Source: an uncultured Proteiniphilum sp. (GTDB lineage Bacteria > Bacteroidota > Bacteroidia > Bacteroidales > Dysgonomonadaceae). From it: 56,081 nt of DNA. A program made the position numbers and the translations under genes. Positions 42,381 through 51,705 of the stretch are shown here, piece by piece. The notes beneath the pieces were generated by a model. It was not told the DNA's origin. It saw only the letters and a program-made list of their open reading frames with translations, and did not search any database. Each line of letters opens with the position of its first letter. Within the stretch, counting starts at the first letter, position 1. The stretch is taken from positions 1-56,081 of the forward strand of contig CAZHWC010000002.1 of the NCBI GenBank assembly GCA_964535975.1. Direction: 5' to 3'.

Positions 42381-42806
42381 ACAAATGTATACAATTATTA
42401 GAACAATTGCAAACAATACCCATACACAAATGTGCGATACATTTGTGCTCAAAGAATTTACACATGTATACAGAGTTAACGCCTCTCTTTATATAAATCA
42501 TATCCTGAAATAATCTATTAATTTATATTTATGCCATAAGTAATTGATTATTACAAGACTATAAGCTGTAATAATATATAATTAACAAAAAGCACATGCA
42601 TTTAGAATTTCGATATAATCATAAAAATTATAACTTGTCATATTGCCTGTAATATACTTAAATATAGATTGTTATGATGGGAATTATCTAGGTTTATCTA
42701 TTTGTTAATCGTGTTTAGATACAAATGTATAGATAAAGCTTGGCAGCTCAAATATATGTATTATGCACTGTAGTATATGATACATTTCTATGTTGATAAC
42801 AAATGT
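42381..42806. repeat. Cluster of ACAnnTGT palindromic motifs upstream of XRE-HTH gene
   Basis: Cores at 42381, 42426, 42439, 42460, 42721, 42799; degenerate copy near 42782. Confidence 0.8.
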
Positions 42807-43111
42807 ATATATAAGTCATATATTGAAAAGTTATATATTTTGATTTGATTGTGTATATATATAACAGTATGGTTACAAAAAATTAAAAACACATCAAATA
42901 AGCAGTCACTTTGTCTTAAAGCTGCTCTCTTTACTATAATCGGTACTTATTTCCTTGTAGTAATTTATATGCTATTCTCAAGAACTTTATTTTGGTCTAA
43001 CTTGTTTAATTTACAATGAGTTAGAGTTCTATTTAATGTTGTATTAATATCTCAGATATTTTTATAAAATAAAACAAGCTAGATCTCTAACATTTTTAAA
43101 TATGAATGCAT

Positions 43112-43666
43112 ATGAAAAAGATAATAATTACTTTACTATATATTATATTTATAACCACAATATCTAACTCTCAAGAAAAAGAATATCTAAACCTTTTTGA
43201 CTTTAAGGTTACAGATATTGATGGAAAAAAATTTGATTTTGAAGATTTAAGAGGTCACAAAGTTATGGTAGTTAATGTTGCTTCCAATTGTGGTTTTACT
43301 CCACAATACAAAGAACTGCAAGAGCTATATGATGCATATAAGCATAAAAAGTTTACAATTATTGGAATTCCATCAAATGACTTTAAAAATCAAGAACCTG
43401 GTTCCAATAAAGAGATTAAAGAGTTTTGCACTAATTCATATTCTATTACCTTCCCCCTAATGGAAAAGACAATAGTAAAAGGTGATAGTATTGCACCTTT
43501 ATACTCGTGGCTCACTAAAAAAGAAGAAAATGGTGTTTTTAACCAAGAGGTTACCTGGAACTTTCAGAAGTACTTAATAGATAGGAATGGTAATTTGGTT
43601 AAAGTATTAATGCCTAAAGAAAGCCCTAAAGACAAGATAGTATTAGATTGGTTAGAAGGAGATTAG
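43112..43666 (+). CDS. Glutathione peroxidase family protein (Cys type) with signal peptide
   Basis: NVASNCGFTPQY, PSNDF..QEPG, WNFQKYLID. Confidence 0.93.
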   Translation: MKKIIITLLYIIFITTISNSQEKEYLNLFDFKVTDIDGKKFDFEDLRGHKVMVVNVASNCGFTPQYKELQELYDAYKHKKFTIIGIPSNDFKNQEPGSNKEIKEFCTNSYSITFPLMEKTIVKGDSIAPLYSWLTKKEENGVFNQEVTWNFQKYLIDRNGNLVKVLMPKESPKDKIVLDWLEGD

Positions 43667-43687
43667 AACTTGTCAGTCTCTCTATAT

Positions 43688-44710
43688 CTAATGCATTATT
43701 CTAAAAATCAATTCTTTAAGAAGAACACTTGACGGAGTTGATACGTTTCCTATGCCCTTAATCTTTGAGTCAAAAACTCTCAAATCAGAGATTATATTCA
43801 TTACTTTTATTGCATTGTAGTTTCTTAATCCAATCATATAATCACGAGCAAAGAATGACGATCGTAGATTTAATAAAGCCATTACGCTTTGCTCATTCTT
43901 TTGTGGAAGCCAATAACACTCCAAGAGGCTGCTAAAATAATTAAATAGGACTGATAATGTTACAATAGTAGGATTCTCTTTAGGGTTCTTATCAAAATAG
44001 TTTACAATCCTATTTGCTGAAAGAACATCTTTATTTATAATTGCTTTCAATAGTTCGAAATTATTGAAATCCTTACTTATTCCAACATTTCTCTCTATTA
44101 TCTCAGAAGTTATTGTATTACTCCCTTTGGGTAGAGATATAATAAGTTTTTCAATTTCTTTATTTAATTTACTGATATCATTTCCAACAAAATCAGTTAG
44201 CATTTGAGCAGATTTATCATCAATCCTAATATTTCTATTTGCTAAATAGCTCTTTATAAAAGGTGGAATCTGATTATCGTATAGTTTCTTAGATTCAAAT
44301 ACTATACCCCCATTTTTTGCAATACTCTTTACGAATGACTTCCTTTTATCCACATTACCATGCTTATAGCTTATAACCAGAATTGTACTTTTCAGTGGAT
44401 TCTGAGCATAAAGATCAAGCTTTTCAATATTACTAAGATTCTGAGCTTCCTTAATTACAATTAATTGAAACTCTGACATTAAAGGAAATCTACGTGCAGA
44501 TGCTATAATATTATTTACATCAGAGTCAATTCCATAAAATGTTAACAGATTAAAGTCCTTTTCTGTTTCGTTAAGTACTGATTCTAGTAATAGCTCAGTA
44601 ATTTGATCAATAAAATATGACTCCTCGCCCATTAACAAGTATATTGGAGCAAACTTTCTACTTAATATATTCTGCCTAATAGAATCAAATGTAACAATCT
44701 TTGTTGCCAT
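43688..44710 (-). CDS. holA: DNA polymerase III subunit delta
   Basis: PIYLLMGEE.YFID, DFN...YG.D, A.RFP, GISKDFNNFEL. Confidence 0.92.
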   Translation of the reverse strand: MATKIVTFDSIRQNILSRKFAPIYLLMGEESYFIDQITELLLESVLNETEKDFNLLTFYGIDSDVNNIIASARRFPLMSEFQLIVIKEAQNLSNIEKLDLYAQNPLKSTILVISYKHGNVDKRKSFVKSIAKNGGIVFESKKLYDNQIPPFIKSYLANRNIRIDDKSAQMLTDFVGNDISKLNKEIEKLIISLPKGSNTITSEIIERNVGISKDFNNFELLKAIINKDVLSANRIVNYFDKNPKENPTIVTLSVLFNYFSSLLECYWLPQKNEQSVMALLNLRSSFFARDYMIGLRNYNAIKVMNIISDLRVFDSKIKGIGNVSTPSSVLLKELIFRIMH

Positions 44711-44719
44711 AAATATAAA

Positions 44720-45496
44720 TTAGAAGTCAAATCTAAGATGTTTAACAGTTGTACCCTTATTAATAAGTGTAGTCAATGTCTTTATGCCAATTTTGACATG
44801 TTCTTCAACAAAGGTCTCTGTAATAATCTTATCACTTTTATCAGTTTTAACACCCGATGAAATCATTGGTTGATCAGTAACCAATAATATCGCTCCGGTA
44901 GAAATATGATTTGCAAATCCGCATGTAAAAAGAGTTGCCGTTTCCATATCAACAGCCATTACTCGAAGTTTAATAAGATATTTTTTAAAATCATCATCAT
45001 ATTCCCATACTCTTCTGTTGGTGGTGTATACAGTTCCTGTCCAGTAATCTCTTCCAAAGTCCCTAATATTAGAAGAAGCAGAGCGTAATAAGCTAAATGC
45101 AGGTAACGATGGAACTTCAGGTGGAAGATAGTCATTAGAAGTACCTTCTCCTCTAATTGCTGCAATAGGCAAAATATAGTCTCCTAAGGCATTGTGATGC
45201 TTTATTCCCCCACATTTTCCAAGAAACAACACTGCTGTGGGTGATATTGCACTTAGTAAATCCATAATTGTAGCTGCATTAGCGCTACCCATTCCAAAAT
45301 TTATAATAGTTATTCCATTTGCTGATGAGCTAGGCATATTTGCGTCCAAACCAAGTATTGGTGAATTAAAATGATTAGCAAATATCTCAACATACTTTTG
45401 AAAGTTTGTCAAAAGAATATATTTTGTAAACTCTTCTAATGGGCGTTTAGTATAGCGTGGCAGCCAATTATCTACAATTTGTTGTTTGGTTCTCAT
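44720..45496 (-). CDS. amn: AMP nucleosidase (short PNP/UDP family type)
   Basis: NFGMGS.NAA, LGKCGG, IRGEGTS, AVDMETAT. Confidence 0.88.
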   Translation of the reverse strand: MRTKQQIVDNWLPRYTKRPLEEFTKYILLTNFQKYVEIFANHFNSPILGLDANMPSSSANGITIINFGMGSANAATIMDLLSAISPTAVLFLGKCGGIKHHNALGDYILPIAAIRGEGTSNDYLPPEVPSLPAFSLLRSASSNIRDFGRDYWTGTVYTTNRRVWEYDDDFKKYLIKLRVMAVDMETATLFTCGFANHISTGAILLVTDQPMISSGVKTDKSDKIITETFVEEHVKIGIKTLTTLINKGTTVKHLRFDF

Positions 45497-45526
45497 ATTT
45501 CCTCTATTTTTGTAGGTTACAAATTA

Positions 45527-45558
45527 CATATTTCATATTTCATATTTCATATTTCATA
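45527..45558. repeat. 7-bp tandem repeat (CATATTT)x4 plus CATA
   Basis: Direct reading; between divergent amn and HsdR-N genes. Confidence 0.9.
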
Positions 45559-45571
45559 ACAAAGATACAAT

Positions 45572-46027
45572 ATGTCCTCATTAAACCTACCCAAATATGA
45601 TGCCAAAATTATAAAGACAGGTGACAACTATGAAATTTTCGATATTCTACGCCGCAAATATTTAGTCTTAACACCTGAGGAGTGGGTGCGCCAAAATTTT
45701 ATTCATTATCTAATCAATCATAAAGGATACCCGGCTTCTTTGATGGCTAATGAAACAGCAATTAAGCTAAATTCTCTGACTAAACGTTGTGATACAGTCG
45801 TTTACAATAATAACTTAGAGCCATTGGCTATTTGTGAATATAAAAATCCTGAAATTGAAATAACTCAGGAAGTTTTTGACCAAATTGCCAGATATAATAT
45901 TGTTTTAAAAGTTAAATACCTAATAGTATCAAATGGACTTAATCACTACTGTTGCCTAATGGATTATAATAATATGACTTATAGTTTTGTTGAAGACATA
46001 CCAGATTATGAAACATTAAAGCGATAA
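45572..46027 (+). CDS. Stand-alone type I restriction HsdR N-terminal-like PD-(D/E)xK domain protein
   Basis: LTPEEWVRQ, RCDTVVY, ICEYK, QIARYN, VSNG. Confidence 0.85.
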   Translation: MSSLNLPKYDAKIIKTGDNYEIFDILRRKYLVLTPEEWVRQNFIHYLINHKGYPASLMANETAIKLNSLTKRCDTVVYNNNLEPLAICEYKNPEIEITQEVFDQIARYNIVLKVKYLIVSNGLNHYCCLMDYNNMTYSFVEDIPDYETLKR

Positions 46028-46033
46028 ATGTTA

Positions 46034-47392
46034 TTACAAATCCTTCTTTATCACATATAGTTGAAAGTTCTCATATCTAACGACCGTAACATTATCGTCT
46101 TTTTCCAAGTATCCCTTAATTGATATTGCGTCATAATATTTATCTTCGATCATTACCTTTCCCGAAGGTCTAAGCCCAGTTGCAGCAACTCCCGAGTGCC
46201 CAATTAGATTAATAGGTTCCAATGACACAGAGACATAACCTTCCTGATCAGATATAAGAGCAATATTCCTGAAAATACCAGGTTTGCCAATCCAGCTAGA
46301 TGCATATATAATTAACACCACACTACCACCAATCCCGGCGATTACTATCATTGTAGCTCTGTACATCTCCTTCATCGACACTGAATTAAAATCAAAGTTA
46401 ATATTGCCAATGAGTGAGAAAATTAAAGAAATAACAACCAACGAAATTCCCGAAATGCCCACAAAGCCAAATCCTGGAATAACAAATATTTCAAATATAA
46501 TTAGAATCAAGCCAAGAACAAATATTAGCACCTCCCAATTCTGCGCATAACCGGTTAGGTATAAAGGAGTAAAATACAATATGGCTGCAGTTATTGCAAT
46601 AGCAGTTGGAAATCCAATACCAGGAGATTGTAACTCAAAATATATTCCCCCAATAATTAACATAATCAAAAATGCTTGCAAAATACCATTTGTTAAAAGA
46701 GCCTTTATCTTATCATAAAAAGTTGGATTATAAATAACTATGTCATATTCTTTATAGCCAAGATGCTCAAGTGCAATTTGATTAATATTGTCAACAATTC
46801 CATCGCAATATCCCATCTCCACAGCCTCAGTTGCTGTTAGAGTTAATGTATTAGAAGAATCCACCATTGATTCAGCAATAAGAGGATTCCTCCTCCATTC
46901 CACAACAGTATCATTTCCCTGAACCAAGGTCTTCTTACCATGACTCTCCGCCGTTGCACGCATTATACTTCGCATATAAGATTGATATTTCTCCGGTGCT
47001 TTAGATCCATCCTCACCACTTACCACAGTTGCTGCCCCAATTGAAGCACTATTTTTCATAAATATACTATCACAGGCTATAGAAATCAAAGCCCCAGCAG
47101 ACGCTGCGTTATTATCAATAAATACATACACAGGCTTCGGAAAATTAATAATTGCCGTTCTCATTGAGTCAGCTTCCACAACCGATCCTCCATATGTATT
47201 CATATGAATCAGCACGCAATCCGATCCGTTATTTAAAGCTTCATGTAGGCCGTTCTGCAGATAAACCCATGTATTACTCCCTATATTCTGTTTTATATTG
47301 ATTTTATATATTAATGGATTCTTATTATCAGCTTTAATCAAAGCAGTAGATAATAGAAGAAACAGTAAAAATATGCGAAATATATTTTTCAT
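46034..47392 (-). CDS. Long-form NfeD membrane protein (ClpP-like domain, TMs, OB fold)
   Basis: MNTYGG, AASAGALI, IGAA, ELQSPGIG, LRPSGK; start moved to ATG 47392. Confidence 0.9.
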   Translation of the reverse strand: MKNIFRIFLLFLLLSTALIKADNKNPLIYKINIKQNIGSNTWVYLQNGLHEALNNGSDCVLIHMNTYGGSVVEADSMRTAIINFPKPVYVFIDNNAASAGALISIACDSIFMKNSASIGAATVVSGEDGSKAPEKYQSYMRSIMRATAESHGKKTLVQGNDTVVEWRRNPLIAESMVDSSNTLTLTATEAVEMGYCDGIVDNINQIALEHLGYKEYDIVIYNPTFYDKIKALLTNGILQAFLIMLIIGGIYFELQSPGIGFPTAIAITAAILYFTPLYLTGYAQNWEVLIFVLGLILIIFEIFVIPGFGFVGISGISLVVISLIFSLIGNINFDFNSVSMKEMYRATMIVIAGIGGSVVLIIYASSWIGKPGIFRNIALISDQEGYVSVSLEPINLIGHSGVAATGLRPSGKVMIEDKYYDAISIKGYLEKDDNVTVVRYENFQLYVIKKDL

Positions 47393-47496
47393 ATTGTAAT
47401 TTGATTGACTTTTCACAAAGATAAATTGATTTCTGTATAAATCATTGCTGTTATTATAATAATATAATTATATTTGTATTTAAAATTAAATCTACT

Positions 47497-47874
47497 ATGT
47501 ATAAAATATTGATTAGTCTTTCCTCAAATGTTTACTCAAGATTGAATATTGATCGTGCAAAGCGCATGATTAAGTATATTTTCCCGGATATTATATACTC
47601 TAAGTCAGTAATAACAATTTCTGATGAAGAGAAGTATACACTTCCTTTTAGAAATGTAGTTGGAGTATTTTATAGTGATATGCCTTTAGTTGAGGTTAAC
47701 AGCAGGCTAATCAACATAGAGCAAACAATAGGAAAAAATATACGCGATAAAGAATTAGGGAGAGTAATTATTAATATTAATCTACTCAAGTACGATAAGG
47801 TTATTTTACGCACAGAAGAACTCGAAAGAGATTATATTCAAAACTTGTTACAAGATTTGAATGAGGAGGTATAA
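47497..47874 (+). CDS. Short HPPK/FolK-like protein with degenerate active site
   Basis: ISLSSN, FRN, LINIEQTIG, RVIININLLKYD align with FolK LGSN / FLN / IE..LGR / DLDIL..YD. Confidence 0.7.
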   Translation: MYKILISLSSNVYSRLNIDRAKRMIKYIFPDIIYSKSVITISDEEKYTLPFRNVVGVFYSDMPLVEVNSRLINIEQTIGKNIRDKELGRVIININLLKYDKVILRTEELERDYIQNLLQDLNEEV

Positions 47875-47888
47875 ATCCAGTACCTCCT
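47864..47888. terminator. Hairpin overlapping convergent stop codons of folK-like and relA genes
   Basis: AGGAGGTA-N9-TACCTCCT. Confidence 0.55.
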
Positions 47889-50083
47889 TAATTTAACCTT
47901 CCAACCGACTTAACACCTTTTACCGACTTTAATTTCTTGATTAATTGTTCAAGCATCAAGGTATTAGCAAGAACTACTGAAATATTTCCTTGAAACAGAC
48001 CATCATTAGAATCAATTGAAATTGAGCGTAGCTGCACCCCATCCTCTTTAGAAATAATTGATATCAAATTAGATACAATATTGATCTGGTCATTACCAAT
48101 CACTCTTAATGTTGATATATATCTTGAAGAGCCAGAACTTTTCCCCGACCATCTAGCCTTTATCACTCTATATCCAAATCTTGAAAATAAATCAGGTGCA
48201 TTAGGACAATTTGTTCTGTGAATTTTTATCCCCTGTGATGACACAAATCCAAAAATATCATCACCATATATTGGATTACAGCACTTAGCCAATTTATAGT
48301 CAATACCGGTAAGGTTTTGATCAATAATTAATTCATCACCACCACCTTTATCTTCCGAATGGGATTTATACACAAATTTATCAGCACTAGTCGCAGAAGA
48401 TAAGTCCTTGTGTACCACTTCTTTGTTGCTAGCTTCCAAATATTGGTCGATAATCCAGTTTATATCCAGCTTTTCCGATGCAATGTCAACGTAGAAATCT
48501 GTAACAGTCTTATATTTAAGTTTTTTAATCAGTTGCATTAATACAGACTCATCCTGTTCAATCTTTCGATTCTTCATTCTTCTTGACAGTGTCTCCTTGG
48601 CAATATCCACCTGTTTTCCGGCTTCCTCTTTTAGGAGTTGTCTAATTTTTGTGCGAGCTTTCGATGTTACTGCGAAACTCAGCCAGTCCTGTTTTGCCGA
48701 CTGATGAGAAGATGTCTGTATCTCAACTTGATCACCGCTTTTTAAAACATACTTAATAGGAACATTTTTTCCATTCACCCTACCCGATACGCAAGAAGAT
48801 CCAAGTTTTGTATGAATTGAGAAAGCAAAATCCAAAACAGTTGCACCTTTTGGCAACTTCATCAAATCTCCCTTCGGTGTAAACACAAAAATCTCTTCAT
48901 CATACAAGTCAAGCTTGAAATCACCCAACTTTTCCGTCATATCAGAGTCTTTATCCTCCATTGACTCTCTTAGATTGGTTAGCCAGCTGTCTAAGGTTGA
49001 TTCACCCTTTACACCTTTATATTTCCAGTGTGCAGCTAATCCTCTTTCGGCTATCTCATCCATTCTTTTAGTCCTGATTTGCACCTCCACCCATTTCGAG
49101 TTAGGCCCCATCACCGTTATATGAAGAGATTCATATCCGTTACTCTTAGGAATCGACAGCCAATCTTTTAATCTTTTTGGATTAGGCTGATACATATCTG
49201 TTATGACAGAATATACCTGCCAACAATGAGCTTTCTCAAGTTCTAGAGGAGAATCAAGAATTACACGAATAGCAAACAGATCATAAATATTTTCAAACTC
49301 AATCTTCTGCTTTTTAAGTTTATTATTAATTGAATGAATTGATTTGGTTCTTCCTTTTATGTCGTATTTTAGACTTGTTTTATCCAATACTTCCTTTACA
49401 GGAGTAATAAAATCGTTAATATATTTATCTCTCGACCTCTTTGTTTCATTAAGCTTCCGTGCTATAAAACCATATGTGTCTCTATCAGTATATTTAAGAG
49501 ACAAATCTTCAAGTTCCGATTTAATCTTATACAAACCCAATCTATGAGCTAGTGGCGCATACAAATAAATTGACTCCACTGATAGCTCAACTCTTCTCGA
49601 TTGCTCAGCCTCTCTTGCATCACGCATCAATTGAAGCTGTTGCGCTATCAAAATAAACACTACGCGCACATCCTCCGCAATCGACAATAAAAGCTTTATA
49701 TAATTGTCAGACTCAACTGCCGACTTTTTGTCACTCAGTTCGTTGATCTTAATCAATCCATTTAAAATTGTCACAACTTCGTTTCCAAACAACCGTTTTA
49801 TATTCTCAATCAAACTGCTATTGTTAAGAGCCGGTCTGAATAATAAAATAGCACACACAGTTGCCTGCTTCAAGCCTATTTCTTCAACTGTAATAACCGC
49901 TGTACGCATTTCAAGCACAAGATTATAGAATCCTCTAGGGTCATCATCCTTTTCAATGAGTTGCATCACAATTGCCTTTAACTTGGCAACTTTATCAATG
50001 CTCCATTCCTGTCGAAGAAATGAATATAATTTGGAATATAAATCTATAAATTCCTCTCTGCTTATATTAGTACCGCTTGTCAT
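47888..50083 (-). CDS. relA: Long RelA/SpoT homologue ((p)ppGpp synthetase, TGS, ACT) with degenerate HD domain
   Basis: APLAHRLG, DLFAIR, RLKDW..PKSNGYESLH, EVQIRT, VFTPKG, CCNP; minus-strand TACATTTG at 50112-50119. Confidence 0.93.
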   Translation of the reverse strand: MTSGTNISREEFIDLYSKLYSFLRQEWSIDKVAKLKAIVMQLIEKDDDPRGFYNLVLEMRTAVITVEEIGLKQATVCAILLFRPALNNSSLIENIKRLFGNEVVTILNGLIKINELSDKKSAVESDNYIKLLLSIAEDVRVVFILIAQQLQLMRDAREAEQSRRVELSVESIYLYAPLAHRLGLYKIKSELEDLSLKYTDRDTYGFIARKLNETKRSRDKYINDFITPVKEVLDKTSLKYDIKGRTKSIHSINNKLKKQKIEFENIYDLFAIRVILDSPLELEKAHCWQVYSVITDMYQPNPKRLKDWLSIPKSNGYESLHITVMGPNSKWVEVQIRTKRMDEIAERGLAAHWKYKGVKGESTLDSWLTNLRESMEDKDSDMTEKLGDFKLDLYDEEIFVFTPKGDLMKLPKGATVLDFAFSIHTKLGSSCVSGRVNGKNVPIKYVLKSGDQVEIQTSSHQSAKQDWLSFAVTSKARTKIRQLLKEEAGKQVDIAKETLSRRMKNRKIEQDESVLMQLIKKLKYKTVTDFYVDIASEKLDINWIIDQYLEASNKEVVHKDLSSATSADKFVYKSHSEDKGGGDELIIDQNLTGIDYKLAKCCNPIYGDDIFGFVSSQGIKIHRTNCPNAPDLFSRFGYRVIKARWSGKSSGSSRYISTLRVIGNDQINIVSNLISIISKEDGVQLRSISIDSNDGLFQGNISVVLANTLMLEQLIKKLKSVKGVKSVGRLN

Positions 50084-50391
50084 TATGCACCTATCATTTA
50101 GTGGTGAAATACAAATGTAGAAAAAAACTCAGAATAATTAATATAAATGGTCTCAAAGCTTAAGTTACTTAATCTAATTCATCATATTCAACTGCCAGTT
50201 AATAATTAAAAAGTCTTACCTTTGTTACAAACATAAATCAATTAATTTTTAATCTATAATATACTCAGCACACAAATAAAAGATCATTCTTATGCACTAT
50301 TTTCATAATAGATACTTACAAACAATTTTATTAAAACACCAAAAGCAATAAATTAAAACAGATAACAGCTTATCCTCATATCCTATATAAA

Positions 50392-51618
50392 ATGAAATCA
50401 TTAAAAGAATTATATCGAATTGGCAACGGACCATCCAGCAGTCATACAATGGGTCCAAAGAAAGCGGCTGAGCTCTTTTTAGAACGTAACAGAAATGCCA
50501 CAAGATTTGTTGTCACACTATATGGCAGCCTGGCAGCCACAGGCAAGGGGCATCTCACTGATGAAGCAATACTTAATGTTCTTACCCCTTTTGCAGAAAC
50601 TACTATTGAGTGGATGCCTAAAACATTCCTTCCTTTTCACCCAAATGCTATGAAATGCGAATCATTTAGCAAAGAAGGCAAAGTTATGGAATCATGGACA
50701 GTATACAGCGTTGGCGGAGGTGCACTGAGCGATGGCCTGAACACTATCGGCGTTAGCGAAGAAGAGAAAGAAGACCCTTATCCCGACACTAATCTTGCCA
50801 GTATACAAGAATGGTGCGAAAAAAATGGTCGTTCCTATTGGGAGTACGTTGAAATCCACGAAGGACCTGAAATATGGGATTACCTACGCAAAGTATGGAA
50901 TGTGATGAAATCTTCTGTTGAACGCGGATTAGAGAATGAAGGAGTTCTTCCTGGACCACTCAATCTCCCTCGTAAAGCAGCATCTTATTTTATTAAATCC
51001 AAAGGACAAACATCTACCCTCAAATCACGAGGAAAAGTCTTTGCCTATGCATTAGCCGTTTCCGAAGAAAATGCTGCCGGAGGCGAAATTGTCACAGCAC
51101 CCACCTGTGGTTCTTGCGGTGTATTGCCGGCAGTACTGTATCACCTTGCCGAAAGCCGCGAGTTTATTGAAATGAGAATATTAAGAGCCCTTGCCACAGC
51201 AGGATTGTTTGGCAATATTGTTAAACGCAATGCATCCATATCAGGTGCAGAAGTAGGTTGTCAGGGAGAAATAGGAGTTGCATGCTCAATGGCGGCCGCC
51301 GCCGCCAGTCAACTATTTGGCGGCAGTGTTGCACAAATTGAGTATGCTGCTGAAATGGGTTTAGAACACCACCTCGGCATGACGTGCGATCCAGTTTGCG
51401 GATTAGTTCAAATTCCTTGCATCGAGAGAAATGCCATTGCGGCAGCACGTGCACTAGATGCTAATCTATATTCCTCGTTTACTGATGGCACCCACCGAAT
51501 TTCATTCGACCATGTTGTCGAGGTAATGAAGCAAACCGGCCACGACCTTCCTTCACTTTATAAAGAAACAAGCGAAGGCGGACTTGCAAAGAAATATATT
51601 ACCATGCCAGACAAATAG
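50392..51618 (+). CDS. sdaA: Fe-S L-serine dehydratase, single chain
   Basis: GPSSSHTMGP, APTCGSCG, GCQGEIG, TCDPV.GLVQIPCIERN; TACCTTTG at 50217. Confidence 0.95.
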   Translation: MKSLKELYRIGNGPSSSHTMGPKKAAELFLERNRNATRFVVTLYGSLAATGKGHLTDEAILNVLTPFAETTIEWMPKTFLPFHPNAMKCESFSKEGKVMESWTVYSVGGGALSDGLNTIGVSEEEKEDPYPDTNLASIQEWCEKNGRSYWEYVEIHEGPEIWDYLRKVWNVMKSSVERGLENEGVLPGPLNLPRKAASYFIKSKGQTSTLKSRGKVFAYALAVSEENAAGGEIVTAPTCGSCGVLPAVLYHLAESREFIEMRILRALATAGLFGNIVKRNASISGAEVGCQGEIGVACSMAAAAASQLFGGSVAQIEYAAEMGLEHHLGMTCDPVCGLVQIPCIERNAIAAARALDANLYSSFTDGTHRISFDHVVEVMKQTGHDLPSLYKETSEGGLAKKYITMPDK

Positions 51619-51633
51619 ATTAAGGATAATAAA

Positions 51634-51682
51634 AAAAAATACGTTTGTCGATACTATGAGTATTTAGACAAGCGTATTTTTT
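51634..51682. terminator. Bidirectional terminator between sdaA and wzc
   Basis: A-run-TACGTTTGTC...GACAAGCGTA-T-run. Confidence 0.75.
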
Positions 51683-51705
51683 AATATCGTTATATTAAAA
51701 GAGTA

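Noticed and set aside
42744-42771. Second dif-like site (ACAGTGCATAA-TACATA on minus strand)
   Set aside because: XerD-like arm absent
42350-43100. Replication origin (AT-rich gap, TGTTGATAA at ~42791)
   Set aside because: Only one DnaA-box-like site; skew and gene convergence indicate a terminus; exact TTATCCACA copies seen lie inside holA and wzc
45572-46027. Type I restriction-modification or defence island
   Set aside because: Only an isolated 151-aa nuclease-like domain, with no hsdM/hsdS or helicase; embedded in housekeeping genes
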